From Candidatus Saccharimonadales bacterium (GTDB taxonomy: Bacteria; Patescibacteriota; Saccharimonadia; Saccharimonadales; Saccharimonadaceae), in the NCBI GenBank assembly GCA_035704495.1, contig DASSWW010000038.1, positions 24,389 to 88,388 of the forward strand: a stretch of 64,000 bases of DNA, in the 5' to 3' direction. Shown here in pieces: positions 45,630 to 55,756 of the stretch. The position numbers were made by a program, and so were the translations under genes. Each line of letters opens with the position of its first letter. Within the stretch, counting starts at the first letter, position 1. Under the pieces are notes generated by a model. The model ran no database searches. It had not been told where the DNA came from and worked only from the letters and a program-made list of their open reading frames with translations.

Positions 45630-46108
45630 TGCCACGTAAAGTAACCAAAAGCCTGCAGCGTGTCTTGACACCAGACCGCAAATACCAGTCGGTACTTGTA
45701 CAGCGCTTGATTAACAAATCAATCCTTGATGGCAAAAAATCTATCGCAGAAAAAGCCGTTTATACCGCACTAGAAGTCGCTGCCAAAAAGCTTGATAGCG
45801 AAGATCCACTGGCTGTATTTGAAAAAGCATTGAAAAACGTCGCCCCTAACTTCGAAGTAAAATCTCGTCGTGTCGGTGGTGCAAACTATCAGATTCCTTT
45901 CCCAGTTTCGGGCCACCGTCAGCTGCACTACGCGTTTAGCTGGTTGGTGCAGTCTGCACGTGCTCGCAATGGTATTCCATATTCTCAGCGTTTGGCGCTC
46001 GAGATTATCGATGCTCACAACGAAGCTGGTGCTGCGTTCAAAAAGAAAGAAGATACTCACAAAATGGCCGAAGCCAACCGTGCTTTCGCTCACTTTGCTC
46101 GTACATAA
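45629..46108 (+). CDS. rpsG: 30S ribosomal protein S7
   Basis: The ATG overlaps the rpsL stop (TAATG). VKSRRVGGANYQIP and AFAHFAR are present. Confidence 0.97.
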   Translation: MPRKVTKSLQRVLTPDRKYQSVLVQRLINKSILDGKKSIAEKAVYTALEVAAKKLDSEDPLAVFEKALKNVAPNFEVKSRRVGGANYQIPFPVSGHRQLHYAFSWLVQSARARNGIPYSQRLALEIIDAHNEAGAAFKKKEDTHKMAEANRAFAHFART

Positions 46109-46127
46109 GTTCAGCTAGTCTGATACT

Positions 46128-46163
46128 AAATACATCCTCGTTTATTGCGAGGATGTATTATTA
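46128..46163 (+). terminator. Rho-independent terminator directly after rpsG
   Basis: tacatcctcg-tttattg-cgaggatgta followed by ttatt. Confidence 0.75.
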
Positions 46164-46208
46164 TGGTATGATAGGTAAATAATACGACGTGTCGGTAAAG
46201 GAGTAACG

Positions 46209-46805
46209 ATGTCTGAAAAATTATTATCTGGTGCGTGTGACGACTGTCCGCTGCGAAAAAAGATTAATTGTGACGCAGCCGAACGGATAACAACACGAGC
46301 CGCTAGAGCCTCTGACGGCACGGACATAATGGGTTATCCTATTGGACCTGTGAGTCTATCTTTAAGTTATGAGTTTTGTGATAATCCAAATGATGAAAAT
46401 GCTCCTCGATATGAAATTAAAGCTAACAATGCCGAGAAATACTTAGCAGCGGCTGACGAAGTGGAACAAGCACTGCAATCGGATCCGAAATTTGATATGC
46501 CAAAACGCAGACTGGGCGATATCGACGCGTCGATACGACACATGTCGGCCGTACGTATATTACAAGATGCTCGTCATAATAGTTTGAAATCATCGATTGC
46601 CGACGAATTTACACAATGTGAAGCACCAGTAGAGGATGAGACGTCGTGGTTCCGTCGCAAAAAATGTGGTGCCGATGTCGTAGGGAGAGTATTACCGCGT
46701 TCGGAGATGGTTAAACGAAACGAAGAAGCGGAATTAATGCGCAAGTATGGCACAACGGGGTTTGTGGCCGTAAGTAAATTACAAAAATTCAAACCAATTC
46801 GTTAA
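46209..46805 (+). CDS. Hypothetical Cys-containing protein (island A)
   Basis: 198 aa ORF behind AAAGGAG. N-terminal CDDCP...C. No recognised family. Confidence 0.6.
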   Translation: MSEKLLSGACDDCPLRKKINCDAAERITTRAARASDGTDIMGYPIGPVSLSLSYEFCDNPNDENAPRYEIKANNAEKYLAAADEVEQALQSDPKFDMPKRRLGDIDASIRHMSAVRILQDARHNSLKSSIADEFTQCEAPVEDETSWFRRKKCGADVVGRVLPRSEMVKRNEEAELMRKYGTTGFVAVSKLQKFKPIR

Positions 46806-46882
46806 ACTCATCATTCTTGCGCAATAGTTGATTACCAATGCACTAATCGTAATTTATGCGCCAACTGCATCAGATCGGTTCT

Positions 46883-47719
46883 TCATGTAAAATTAGTGCT
46901 ATCTGGATCGGCGCCAATTCGTTCGCCAGTATCAAGGGTGGCGATTTGCGCCATATCATCAGCGTCTAGGGTAAAGTCAAACACGTCGAAGTTTTGTTCG
47001 ATGCGTTCTGCGTGCACGGATTTTGGAATAACAATCGACCCGTTTTCAATGTGCCAGCGGATGATAATCTGCGCGGCACTTTTACCGTGTTTGTGTCCGA
47101 TATCGATAATCTTTTGGTTTGTCAACAAGCCGCCAGTGCTGCCACCTAACGGACTCCATGATTCGACAGCAATATCGTGTTGATTACACAATAAACGCGT
47201 GCCATGTTGCGGAAATTGCGGATGGAGTTCGATTTGGTTAACTGCTGGGGGAATGACAGCATGGTCTAGTAAATCCTCTAAATGATGTGGTTTAAAATTG
47301 CTGACACCAATAGATCGAGCTAGTCCGTCATTAAATATTTTTTCGAACGCGCGCCACGTATCATTGTATTTATTTGCCGCTGGCGCTGGCCAGTGAATCA
47401 GGTATAGATCGATATAATCAAGCTGTAATCTTTCCAAACTTTTCGCAAACGCCTGCAACGTCTTGTCGTATCCCTGATCAGCGTTCCATAGTTTGGTCGT
47501 CACAAATATTTCGTCTCGTGGAATGCCGCTGGCTTTGATTGCTCGGCCGACGCCTTTTTCGTTGCCGTACACGGCAGCTGTATCAATCATCCGATAGCCT
47601 GCTTTTAAAGCCGCGCTGACCGCTGCTTCAACTTCTTTGCCATCTTTGGCCTGCCAGACGCCCAATCCGACCTGTGGTATTGTAATGCCATTGTTAAGTG
47701 TAATATGTGGTTGTGTCAT
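46883..47719 (-). CDS. Aldo/keto reductase (2,5-diketo-D-gluconate reductase-like)
   Basis: LGVWQ, GYRMIDTAAVYGNE, FVTTKLWN, LDYIDLYLIHWP and IPKS are the AKR signature. Confidence 0.9.
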   Translation of the reverse strand: MTQPHITLNNGITIPQVGLGVWQAKDGKEVEAAVSAALKAGYRMIDTAAVYGNEKGVGRAIKASGIPRDEIFVTTKLWNADQGYDKTLQAFAKSLERLQLDYIDLYLIHWPAPAANKYNDTWRAFEKIFNDGLARSIGVSNFKPHHLEDLLDHAVIPPAVNQIELHPQFPQHGTRLLCNQHDIAVESWSPLGGSTGGLLTNQKIIDIGHKHGKSAAQIIIRWHIENGSIVIPKSVHAERIEQNFDVFDFTLDADDMAQIATLDTGERIGADPDSTNFT

Positions 47720-47798
47720 GCGTCCTCCAATCTGTCTGGCTGCAATAGTAGCAGTAAATATATGGAGCGGCAGTAAGATACCTTACTGAGAGCCAATT

Positions 47799-48419
47799 CT
47801 AGATAACACAGCGGTCAACGTAAATAATAAATTGAGTGCGGCTATAGTCGATACAACCCTGGGCACGCAGCTTTTGCAGTTCGACTGATGTTGTTTCGCG
47901 GGTGGAACTAATCATTTCGGCCAAATCTTTATGAGTAAGCTGTAGGCCTAATTTGTATAAATCAACTGTAGTATCAGCGCTAAAACGCTTGGCAAGGTAG
48001 GACAGAGTGGCGATTAATTTGTCACGCACACTGGCTTGTTCGGCAGAATTAATTCTTGATAATAAATCATCATAATGGCTACTCATGCTAGTCGCGATTT
48101 CGGTCATCAATCCCAAATCGGTTTTGGCAGCTGCTAAAAAATCATCTTTACGGATTTGATAGACGGTCCCACTGGATAGCGCAGTATAAAAAAACTGTAG
48201 TGGTTGATGGCGCGAAAAAAGTCGTTCTGTCGGTACAATATCATAACGCCCGGCAATCCATAACATTCGTTCGTTTCCTGCTTCGTCGACGGACGTTACT
48301 TTTACATAGCCGTTTTGAATCGCTAGCAAAACATCAGAAACATCGCCCTCGCTGAGGATAACTTCGCCTTTGGTGAAGTTTTTGATGGGAAAGTTTTTGA
48401 CAAATCTGGTGACATCCAT
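47799..48419 (-). CDS. Crp/Fnr family transcriptional regulator
   Basis: N-terminal cNMP-binding barrel (GEVILSEGD....L.I..G.VKV) and a C-terminal HTH (LTHKDLAEMISSTRETTSVELQKL). Confidence 0.85.
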   Translation of the reverse strand: MDVTRFVKNFPIKNFTKGEVILSEGDVSDVLLAIQNGYVKVTSVDEAGNERMLWIAGRYDIVPTERLFSRHQPLQFFYTALSSGTVYQIRKDDFLAAAKTDLGLMTEIATSMSSHYDDLLSRINSAEQASVRDKLIATLSYLAKRFSADTTVDLYKLGLQLTHKDLAEMISSTRETTSVELQKLRAQGCIDYSRTQFIIYVDRCVI

Positions 48420-48512
48420 ATTCTAATATTATAGCGTTTTTGTATGATTTCTTACAACGGCGCAAATCGAAATACGATATCATACCTCTAACGTAATAAA
48501 AGGAGGACAATT

Positions 48513-48899
48513 ATGTCATTACGATTTATACCAACAAAAGTACACGGAGCGCTCGATTATATCGTTGCTATCGCGTTAATATTTGCACCAATGATTTTCG
48601 GTTTTCAAGAAGTCGGTGGCGCTGCAGTTTATATTCCAATAATTCTAGGTGTCGGTCTGTTCTTGTATAGCTTGCTGACTAACTATGAATGGGGTCTAAT
48701 CAAGGTAATTGGTATGCCATACCACTTGGTTATCGATATTCTTGCGTCAACATTGCTAGTCTTGTCACCGTTTTTGTTCGGATTCATCGACGAAGCACCA
48801 AACGCATGGTTGCCACACATCGCCGTCGGTGTCACTGTTATTTTGGTTGTTCTATTTTCACAGACACAACCTGCAGTTGATAAAAATACCGTCGCTTAA
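48513..48899 (+). CDS. Small four-TM membrane protein (SPW-repeat-like)
   Basis: AAGGAGGA RBS. Repeated ..FAPMIFGF / LSPFLFGF helices. Confidence 0.6.
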   Translation: MSLRFIPTKVHGALDYIVAIALIFAPMIFGFQEVGGAAVYIPIILGVGLFLYSLLTNYEWGLIKVIGMPYHLVIDILASTLLVLSPFLFGFIDEAPNAWLPHIAVGVTVILVVLFSQTQPAVDKNTVA

Positions 48900-48928
48900 A
48901 TCCGCATAGGTACACAACACTATTCAGC

Positions 48929-48959
48929 AAAATATCCCGCTCACCACGCGGGATATTTT
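48929..48959 (+). terminator. Rho-independent terminator
   Basis: aaaatatcccgc-tcaccac-gcgggatatttt. Confidence 0.85.
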
Positions 48960-48997
48960 GATGGATTACGCTGCCCGTAATCGGTAATACGAGGCTT

Positions 48998-49987
48998 ATG
49001 CTTGAGTTAACGTCGCAATTACTATTTAATATATACATGGAACACCCAACAAGTGCCGACTTATCGTTTTTAGATCGCTTAGAATCCGTAACGACAGATC
49101 CGATGGTGGATAAAGTATTCGCTACTGCGCGTGAATACGAAGAAATGATTAATTCTACTGGCAGCGTTACAGCCGAAGACAGGATTGCACTAATCGCAGA
49201 ATTAAACGATACGTGGCCTTTTATGGGTATGAAGCTGCAGGTCTCGGGCCGTTTGTCATTTGCTGACACTGAATCGGGTGAGGTTAAGGCCAAATATTAT
49301 GACGACAGGCCGATGATATCAAATGGTTTCTGTTTTATCGAAGACCATATTATGTCAGACGAAGAAGTAGTCGCCGAACACTACAAAGTTGGTTTGCATA
49401 TGATTCGATTTGCCGACGAGACATCTAACGAAGGCGAGCTTGGTGTGGGGCTACTTGACGATGTTGCAATTGATTACCCCGTACATTCACCCGAAATGAT
49501 TGAAAATCGATTACGATATTTTCATTCAGAAACGATGGAAAGGCTAGATACAATCGTCTTAAACTGCGAGACCGAAGAACAAGCGGTCATGCAGTTAAAA
49601 GATTTTACTATCGATGCCATACCATCTGATACGGAGAGTATGCAGGTGGCGAGTGATCTGCAAGTTTACCTGTCATCAATACTTGAATTTGATGATCGAC
49701 TACCGTACAACATCACTATAGCGGGCGATTGTTTTGCTGAGGTGGATGGTGTGGTTTGCGCAGCAAAAATTGAAGAAATTATGTCCGGTGTTGCAGGGGT
49801 TGCTGGTGTAAAATTTTTGCAACAAGCCGAGCTACCATCAGACCAAGAACAATGTTTGATGGTCTGTATAGAAATATATTGGTTCACTGCAGATAAAAAA
49901 GCACCTCCTTTGCATCTTTACCTACCATCGAAAAGCATCCAAGACATTACATCTGTCCGCAGGATTACCTACGAAGAAGAGGACTGA
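48998..49987 (+). CDS. Hypothetical acidic protein, paralog family P (copy 1)
   Basis: Aligns by eye with the 51131-52069 product (LI.EL...W.YM....VSG.L; YP..SP...E.RL.Y.H; .FD..LPY). The start may be the ATG at 49037. Confidence 0.6.
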   Translation: MLELTSQLLFNIYMEHPTSADLSFLDRLESVTTDPMVDKVFATAREYEEMINSTGSVTAEDRIALIAELNDTWPFMGMKLQVSGRLSFADTESGEVKAKYYDDRPMISNGFCFIEDHIMSDEEVVAEHYKVGLHMIRFADETSNEGELGVGLLDDVAIDYPVHSPEMIENRLRYFHSETMERLDTIVLNCETEEQAVMQLKDFTIDAIPSDTESMQVASDLQVYLSSILEFDDRLPYNITIAGDCFAEVDGVVCAAKIEEIMSGVAGVAGVKFLQQAELPSDQEQCLMVCIEIYWFTADKKAPPLHLYLPSKSIQDITSVRRITYEEED

Positions 49988-50015
49988 GCGTCGACCGCTA
50001 TTACGGTTTGTCGTT

Positions 50016-50044
50016 TTGTGATAAATGGTTAAATATGGCATAAT
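50016..50044 (+). promoter_or_regulatory. Putative promoter of the 50071 gene
   Basis: TTGTGA, 17 nt, CATAAT. AGGGGAGG RBS downstream. Confidence 0.5.
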
Positions 50045-50070
50045 TCTAAGTGAATTAGGGGAGGAATTGG

Positions 50071-51114
50071 ATGACTGAGCAACTAGGTGAGCCGACGGAA
50101 CCGATACAAAACATCGTGGCAGAACGCTTTGGTGCAGAAAAGCAAGCCAGAGAGAGTGTCGCTTGTGTCATGGGGCTAGGGAGGCTTTTGTCGCAAAAAG
50201 AGTTTGAATCGCTCGCAGATGCACGGCAGAACGTTGCCGAGTATATAAAGCAGTTTCACCAAGAAATGGGCAAGGTACCAAATATACAATCAGTTTTAAT
50301 GCAGGCAAGTGGTGGTGATGTTTCCGTTGCAAACCCACACTACACTATCGATTCAACGTCTGGCGCGATAACAATTCAATTTAATAACGATCCGCCGGTC
50401 GTCTCACCGCCGCTGCTTAGTTCTCGACTTTTTAGACTTTCTGGTCCTTTTGTGCCGTATCACCAGCGTGATGATGGTAGTGTCGTGGTAAAACCTACCT
50501 TGGTGGGTGACGATCTAGAACGAAAGTCGTGGGGTATTAATCCTGTATCCGGTTTGCCGATGACAACGGTTCATATGACCTCGAAAATTATGATTCCCTG
50601 TGACAGCGATGATGCACACATAGAAATTATCGAACTAGAAAATGAAGAAAAGCGCATACGGGCCGTCGAAGAGTTGGCCGCGTACGTATCTGAAGAAACA
50701 GGTTTGGTTGATGACGTCAACGAAATGAATCAGGCCTTGTACAAATCCGATACTGAACGCATGCGCCACAAGAATTTACCAGACATTGATTTACTGCGAT
50801 CATTAGGCAGAAAAGGTATAGAATATATCCAACAAGGCTCAAAGGCTGCCGATGCATTGAACACGGCCATCGCTGCAACTATTGGTAAGCGGCCGTTGAT
50901 GATTGACGGTAAAGCCTACGAAACAAACGGCGGCGGCGCACTTACCGAAAGTCACGTAGCGGGTTACGAAGGTCGCGTCATGGATGTCGTTTCTGAAATA
51001 CCTATGTCCGACGAATACATCGGCCCAACGCTCGCGATGACGTCACGCAGTGCCAAAGACCCTAACCGCATTTCATATTTGCCGTTGACTGATGTCACCG
51101 CATTACAGTTTTAA
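50071..51114 (+). CDS. Hypothetical protein (flanked by the two family-P paralogs)
   Basis: 347 aa ORF with a strong RBS and no recognised domain. Confidence 0.6.
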   Translation: MTEQLGEPTEPIQNIVAERFGAEKQARESVACVMGLGRLLSQKEFESLADARQNVAEYIKQFHQEMGKVPNIQSVLMQASGGDVSVANPHYTIDSTSGAITIQFNNDPPVVSPPLLSSRLFRLSGPFVPYHQRDDGSVVVKPTLVGDDLERKSWGINPVSGLPMTTVHMTSKIMIPCDSDDAHIEIIELENEEKRIRAVEELAAYVSEETGLVDDVNEMNQALYKSDTERMRHKNLPDIDLLRSLGRKGIEYIQQGSKAADALNTAIAATIGKRPLMIDGKAYETNGGGALTESHVAGYEGRVMDVVSEIPMSDEYIGPTLAMTSRSAKDPNRISYLPLTDVTALQF

Positions 51115-51130
51115 ATAATGGAGTATCGTC

Positions 51131-52069
51131 GTGGATAAAGAAGATTTACATCAATCGCTAGAGGGCCGAACGGTGGATTTTGACGCGCTTGATCATCTGG
51201 AAGGTCTGACGCGCAATGACTACATGAACACCGTGTTCCAAAGAGTTAAAGAGGCGGAGCAGACACTCAACCAAGAAACGACGACGACCAACCAACAAGC
51301 TAAGCTGATTCAACAACTCGATGAAAGTTGGTGGTACATGGATCAAGAAATTCCCGTATCTGGAACACTACATGTAAAAACTGGCCATCTGACACCAGAA
51401 CTACCTGAATATACCCTAGTGCCTGTTGACGAGATAGAACTAGAAAGCAAAGGTTTTATTATATTAACGTTCGGCGCAACAATAGATGATGAGTCGATAG
51501 TATACCGCCGCATGGCGCTATGCTTTAAGCAAGACGACACCCTTGTAGCAATGTTGCCAGAAGACATCATTAACACTTTTCCTGATTATTCGCCTGACAT
51601 TTCAGAAAGACGATTGCTCTATCATCACAAAGACGAAGTGCTACGGATTACCGATCGTGTCGAATCGTCAGATATTGCAGCCAGGACACCGCTGGTAATG
51701 AATTTTACCGATTATGCGGTTGATATCTTGATGCATGCCAAATATGACGATGAATACAAAAGCGATCTAGAAAATTATTTATTTAAAGCGATGGATTTTG
51801 ATAACGAATTGCCGTACGTTGTAAGTTGCGCTCTGACCGAAGATGATTTCGATGATAATAGAACGCTCCAGTTCATTGCGCAACCTGATGCCATTACCCT
51901 TGTACCACTTATCAATAATCAACAGACGGATGGCCCTCAGCGACACATTCCACGGTTGGAATTATCAGTATTTGCCGATAACCCCAAAGATCCAAATATT
52001 AACGTGAGCGTACCACTACATACATTACGCCAGGTGACACCAGTGCGGCAAATGGGCAATAAACAGTAG
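51131..52069 (+). CDS. Hypothetical acidic protein, paralog family P (copy 2)
   Basis: GTG start behind TGGAG. Similar to the 48998-49987 product. Confidence 0.6.
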   Translation: MDKEDLHQSLEGRTVDFDALDHLEGLTRNDYMNTVFQRVKEAEQTLNQETTTTNQQAKLIQQLDESWWYMDQEIPVSGTLHVKTGHLTPELPEYTLVPVDEIELESKGFIILTFGATIDDESIVYRRMALCFKQDDTLVAMLPEDIINTFPDYSPDISERRLLYHHKDEVLRITDRVESSDIAARTPLVMNFTDYAVDILMHAKYDDEYKSDLENYLFKAMDFDNELPYVVSCALTEDDFDDNRTLQFIAQPDAITLVPLINNQQTDGPQRHIPRLELSVFADNPKDPNINVSVPLHTLRQVTPVRQMGNKQ

Positions 52070-52168
52070 TAATACTAGCAATATCCATTGATTTTTGTTA
52101 AAATAAGTATCAAGCGCTATTTTTGATGGCAAAAATTATATAACTCACAAAGGAAGAGCACACACGCT

Positions 52169-54262
52169 ATGGCAGAAAAAACCGTCCCCCTAAAGGACTT
52201 TCGTAATATTGGTATTATCGCGCATATTGATGCAGGTAAAACCACAACCACCGAAGGTATTTTGTACCGAACCGGCATTAATCACAAAATCGGTGAAGTC
52301 CGTGGTGACGGCGACGGCGCGACGACCGACTGGATGGCGCAGGAAAAAGAGCGTGGTATCACGATTACTTCTGCTGCCGTTACGTGTTTCTGGAAGGGTC
52401 ACAAGATTAACATCATCGATACCCCAGGTCACATCGACTTTACCGCCGAAGTCGAACGTTCACTGCGTGTGCTTGACGGTGCGGTAACTGTTTTTGATGG
52501 CAAGATGGGCGTTGAAGCCCAGTCTGAAACTGTATGGCGCCAGGCCAACAAATACGGTGTACCTCGCATTTGTTTTATTAACAAAATCAATCAAACCGGT
52601 GGTGATTTTTACAAATCTCTTCAGAGTATTCATACTCGTCTTTCTAAAAATGCTCTTCCTGTCCATCTGCCAATTGGATTTGAAAAAGACATCAACGGTG
52701 TTGTTGATTTGGTCGAGATGAAGGCCTATACCTACGGTGATTACACCGACAAGCAACTTGTTGAAGGCGAAATTCCTGCTGATATGCTTGATAAAGCAAA
52801 GAACGCTCGTAGCCTTTTGGTTGAAGCAGCCGTCGAAGCCGATGACGAATTGTTCGAACGCTTCCTTGAAAAGGGTGAAGAATCAATCACTACCGATGAA
52901 CTAAAAGCCGCGCTTCGCAAACGTGTCCTCGCTGGTGACTTTTATCTTGTCAGTGGTGGTGATGGCCGTGGCGTCATCGTTGAAAAACTTCTCGACTTGA
53001 TGACCGAATTCCTGCCAAGCCCACTCGATGTTGATGCTATTTGGGGTAGCAATCCAAAAACTGGCGACGAAGTCTCGCGCAAACCAGACGAAAAAGAGCC
53101 TATGGCAGCACTAGCATTTAAACTTGCAACAGACCCATTTGTCGGTAAGCTAATTTTTGTTCGTGTTTATTCAGGTAAATTGACCGCTGGTAGTTACGTT
53201 CTAAACACTACAACTGGTGAAAAAGAACGCGTCGGCCGTATCGTCCGTATGCACGCCGACAAGCGTGAAGAGATCGACTCTGTTAGCGCTGGCGACATCG
53301 CGGCAGTTGTAGGCCTAAAGGGTACCTTTACTGGTCACACGCTTACCGATCCTACGCATCCAATTGCGCTTGAATCAATTACTTTCCCAGATCCTCCGGT
53401 ATCGATTGCGGTTGAGCCAAAGACAAAAGCCGATCAAGAAAAAATGGGTATCGCATTGCAACGCCTGGCCGAAGAAGACCCGACTTTCCGTGTCCACACC
53501 GACGACGAAACAGGTCAGACAATCATGTCAGGTATGGGTGAATTGCACCTTGATATTTTGATCGATCGTATGAAACGTGAGTTTAACGTCGAAGCGAACA
53601 TTGGTGAGCCACAAGTTGCTTTCCGTGAATCAATCAAAGGCACATCAGAAGTCCAGGGTAAGCACGCCAAACAATCTGGTGGTCGCGGTCAGTATGGTGA
53701 TGTATGGATTCGCTTTGAAGCTAACGAAGCTGGCAAAGGTTTTGAGTTTCTTGACGCAATCAAGGGTGGTGTTGTGCCACAGGAATACCGCAAACCTGTC
53801 GAACAAGGCGTTCGTGAAACATTAGATGGTGGTGTTATCGCTGGTTATCCAGTTGTTGATGTTAAAGCGACACTCTACGACGGTAGCTACCACGATGTTG
53901 ACTCAAGCGAACTAGCCTTTAAGTTGGCCGGATCACTGGCGACACGTGAAGGTATCAAGCAAGCCAAACCAATTCTGCTAGAACCTGTTATGAAAGTTGA
54001 AGTAACCACACCAGAAGATTTCATGGGTGATATCATTGGCGACCTTAACTCTCGCCGTGGCCGTATTGACGCAATGGAAGATCTGATGGGCGGCGCCAAA
54101 TTGATCAAAGCTTTTGTACCACTGGCCAGTATGTTTGGTTACACCGGCGATATTCGTTCGATGAGTCAGGGCCGTGCTGCCAGCACAATGGAACTTGCCA
54201 ACTACGAAGAAGTTCCACCGAACGTTGCACAGGAAATCATCGAGAAGCGCGCCAGCAAATAG
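52169..54262 (+). CDS. fusA: Elongation factor G (atypical G4 motif NKIN)
   Basis: [19 protein letters not shown] and the domain IV YHDVDSS. AAGGAAG RBS. Confidence 0.96.
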   Translation: MAEKTVPLKDFRNIGIIAHIDAGKTTTTEGILYRTGINHKIGEVRGDGDGATTDWMAQEKERGITITSAAVTCFWKGHKINIIDTPGHIDFTAEVERSLRVLDGAVTVFDGKMGVEAQSETVWRQANKYGVPRICFINKINQTGGDFYKSLQSIHTRLSKNALPVHLPIGFEKDINGVVDLVEMKAYTYGDYTDKQLVEGEIPADMLDKAKNARSLLVEAAVEADDELFERFLEKGEESITTDELKAALRKRVLAGDFYLVSGGDGRGVIVEKLLDLMTEFLPSPLDVDAIWGSNPKTGDEVSRKPDEKEPMAALAFKLATDPFVGKLIFVRVYSGKLTAGSYVLNTTTGEKERVGRIVRMHADKREEIDSVSAGDIAAVVGLKGTFTGHTLTDPTHPIALESITFPDPPVSIAVEPKTKADQEKMGIALQRLAEEDPTFRVHTDDETGQTIMSGMGELHLDILIDRMKREFNVEANIGEPQVAFRESIKGTSEVQGKHAKQSGGRGQYGDVWIRFEANEAGKGFEFLDAIKGGVVPQEYRKPVEQGVRETLDGGVIAGYPVVDVKATLYDGSYHDVDSSELAFKLAGSLATREGIKQAKPILLEPVMKVEVTTPEDFMGDIIGDLNSRRGRIDAMEDLMGGAKLIKAFVPLASMFGYTGDIRSMSQGRAASTMELANYEEVPPNVAQEIIEKRASK

Positions 54263-54281
54263 TAGTGTAATCGTTGAAAAT

Positions 54282-54313
54282 AAAATCACCGTCAGAGATG
54301 GCGGTGATTTTAT
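54282..54313 (+). terminator. Rho-independent terminator after fusA
   Basis: aaaatcaccg-tcagagatgg-cggtgatttt followed by at. Confidence 0.85.
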
Positions 54314-54388
54314 ATTGTCTAAAAAATCCAATAGTGGTATTGTATCGCAATAGAAGATGCGTTGCATAAGAAGCAGGGGGAAGCAAAA

Positions 54389-55672
54389 ATGTCACTAGAA
54401 AAAGCCTCGTTAGATAACGGCCTTTCAATATATGTTGATCGAATTCCAGGTGCTAATACAAATGATGTCACTATGTTTGTACCGTTTGGCAGTGTCGACG
54501 AGACACCTGGTGACGAAGGTGTCGCACATGCTTTTGAACATTGCGTCCATTTACAAACAGATGAGTTTGAAGATCGTACGGCGTTACGACAATATGCCAA
54601 GCTAAACGGCATGGAAACGAATGCTAACACGTATTACACCAGAACACTGTACTATGCCAATGGTTTGGATTTGGAACCTAACGTGAATTATTTAAGCCAG
54701 ATTTTACGCCACACGCACTTTCCCGAAGATAAAGTTGAACACGAGATGAAAGCGATTCGTCGTGAAGCTGTAACGCGCCTGGACAGTCCGAGTGAAGCGC
54801 ATATAGTGGCGTCACAATACGCTATGTTTGGTGCACCTTACGGCAGAAGCGTCATTGGTTTTCATGATAAATTGGATTTTGAAGCAGACGAACTCAAGAA
54901 GCTGCACGCACAGCATTACAAATTAGGCAACATGGCACTCGTCGTATCAGGAGCGGCCAAATTAGATGAAGTAGCAAACCTAGCTGAACGCTATTTCGAA
55001 GGCGATGAAGTGCCATTCCAGCCCACAGACAGTGAACTAGCCGTATCACTTGGGCAAGACAGATCAACGGCATTTATCAGAGAAGACTCGCAGAACGTTC
55101 GACTACGCGTTTCGTATCCGATGACACCAGAATTTCGCGAGAAATATAATGAGAATCGACTTGCTTTAGGGATTGCATCTTCGGCAATGCGTGAGTCTGC
55201 ATTTCAGGCGTTACGATACGATAAAGGCATTTCATACGACGGAGGTGTCACTATAGCCGCTCACAATCATCCGAATGCCTGGAGCATAGGTGGTTATGTA
55301 ACCACAGATCAAGAAAATATCGATACAGCGCAGGGTGTGTTTGCAAACACGTTTCAAAAGCATGGCTCCGAATACTCAGACGAGGACATAAACGGCGCCC
55401 TTGCGATGTACAAATACTATTTTAGCAAATACCTTACTTCTACCGAGGATAGGTCTGACCACATCGTTTCTAAGCTAGAGTCATATCGCCAGCCCATAGA
55501 TATTCGATCAGTACTGCGTCGTCTTAAGAAAACCACTCCACAGGATGTCAGAGCAGCGCTAGATGAAATCGTGGAATTTGCTGCTAACACTGACAAGTAT
55601 ACGCATGTAACGGGTAAAAAGTCGGCAGTGGGTGACGTCGATCGAATCATTACACAAGAAGAAATCGGCTAA
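54389..55672 (+). CDS. M16 (pitrilysin) family zinc peptidase
   Basis: Inverted zinc motif HAFEHCVH (HxxEH) near the N-terminus, and a two-domain length. Start set at the ATG at 54389. Confidence 0.8.
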   Translation: MSLEKASLDNGLSIYVDRIPGANTNDVTMFVPFGSVDETPGDEGVAHAFEHCVHLQTDEFEDRTALRQYAKLNGMETNANTYYTRTLYYANGLDLEPNVNYLSQILRHTHFPEDKVEHEMKAIRREAVTRLDSPSEAHIVASQYAMFGAPYGRSVIGFHDKLDFEADELKKLHAQHYKLGNMALVVSGAAKLDEVANLAERYFEGDEVPFQPTDSELAVSLGQDRSTAFIREDSQNVRLRVSYPMTPEFREKYNENRLALGIASSAMRESAFQALRYDKGISYDGGVTIAAHNHPNAWSIGGYVTTDQENIDTAQGVFANTFQKHGSEYSDEDINGALAMYKYYFSKYLTSTEDRSDHIVSKLESYRQPIDIRSVLRRLKKTTPQDVRAALDEIVEFAANTDKYTHVTGKKSAVGDVDRIITQEEIG

Positions 55673-55719
55673 CAACAAAAGTCGCGCTAGCAAATAAGAA
55701 TAGTGCATCGAAGCTATGC

Positions 55720-55747
55720 TTGCAGTGTACGATAACGAGGCTATAAT
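55720..55747 (+). promoter_or_regulatory. Promoter with -10 9 nt before the ATG of the 55757 gene
   Basis: TTGCAG, 16 nt, TATAAT, then aacgatactATG. No SD. Confidence 0.55.
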
Positions 55748-55756
55748 AACGATACT

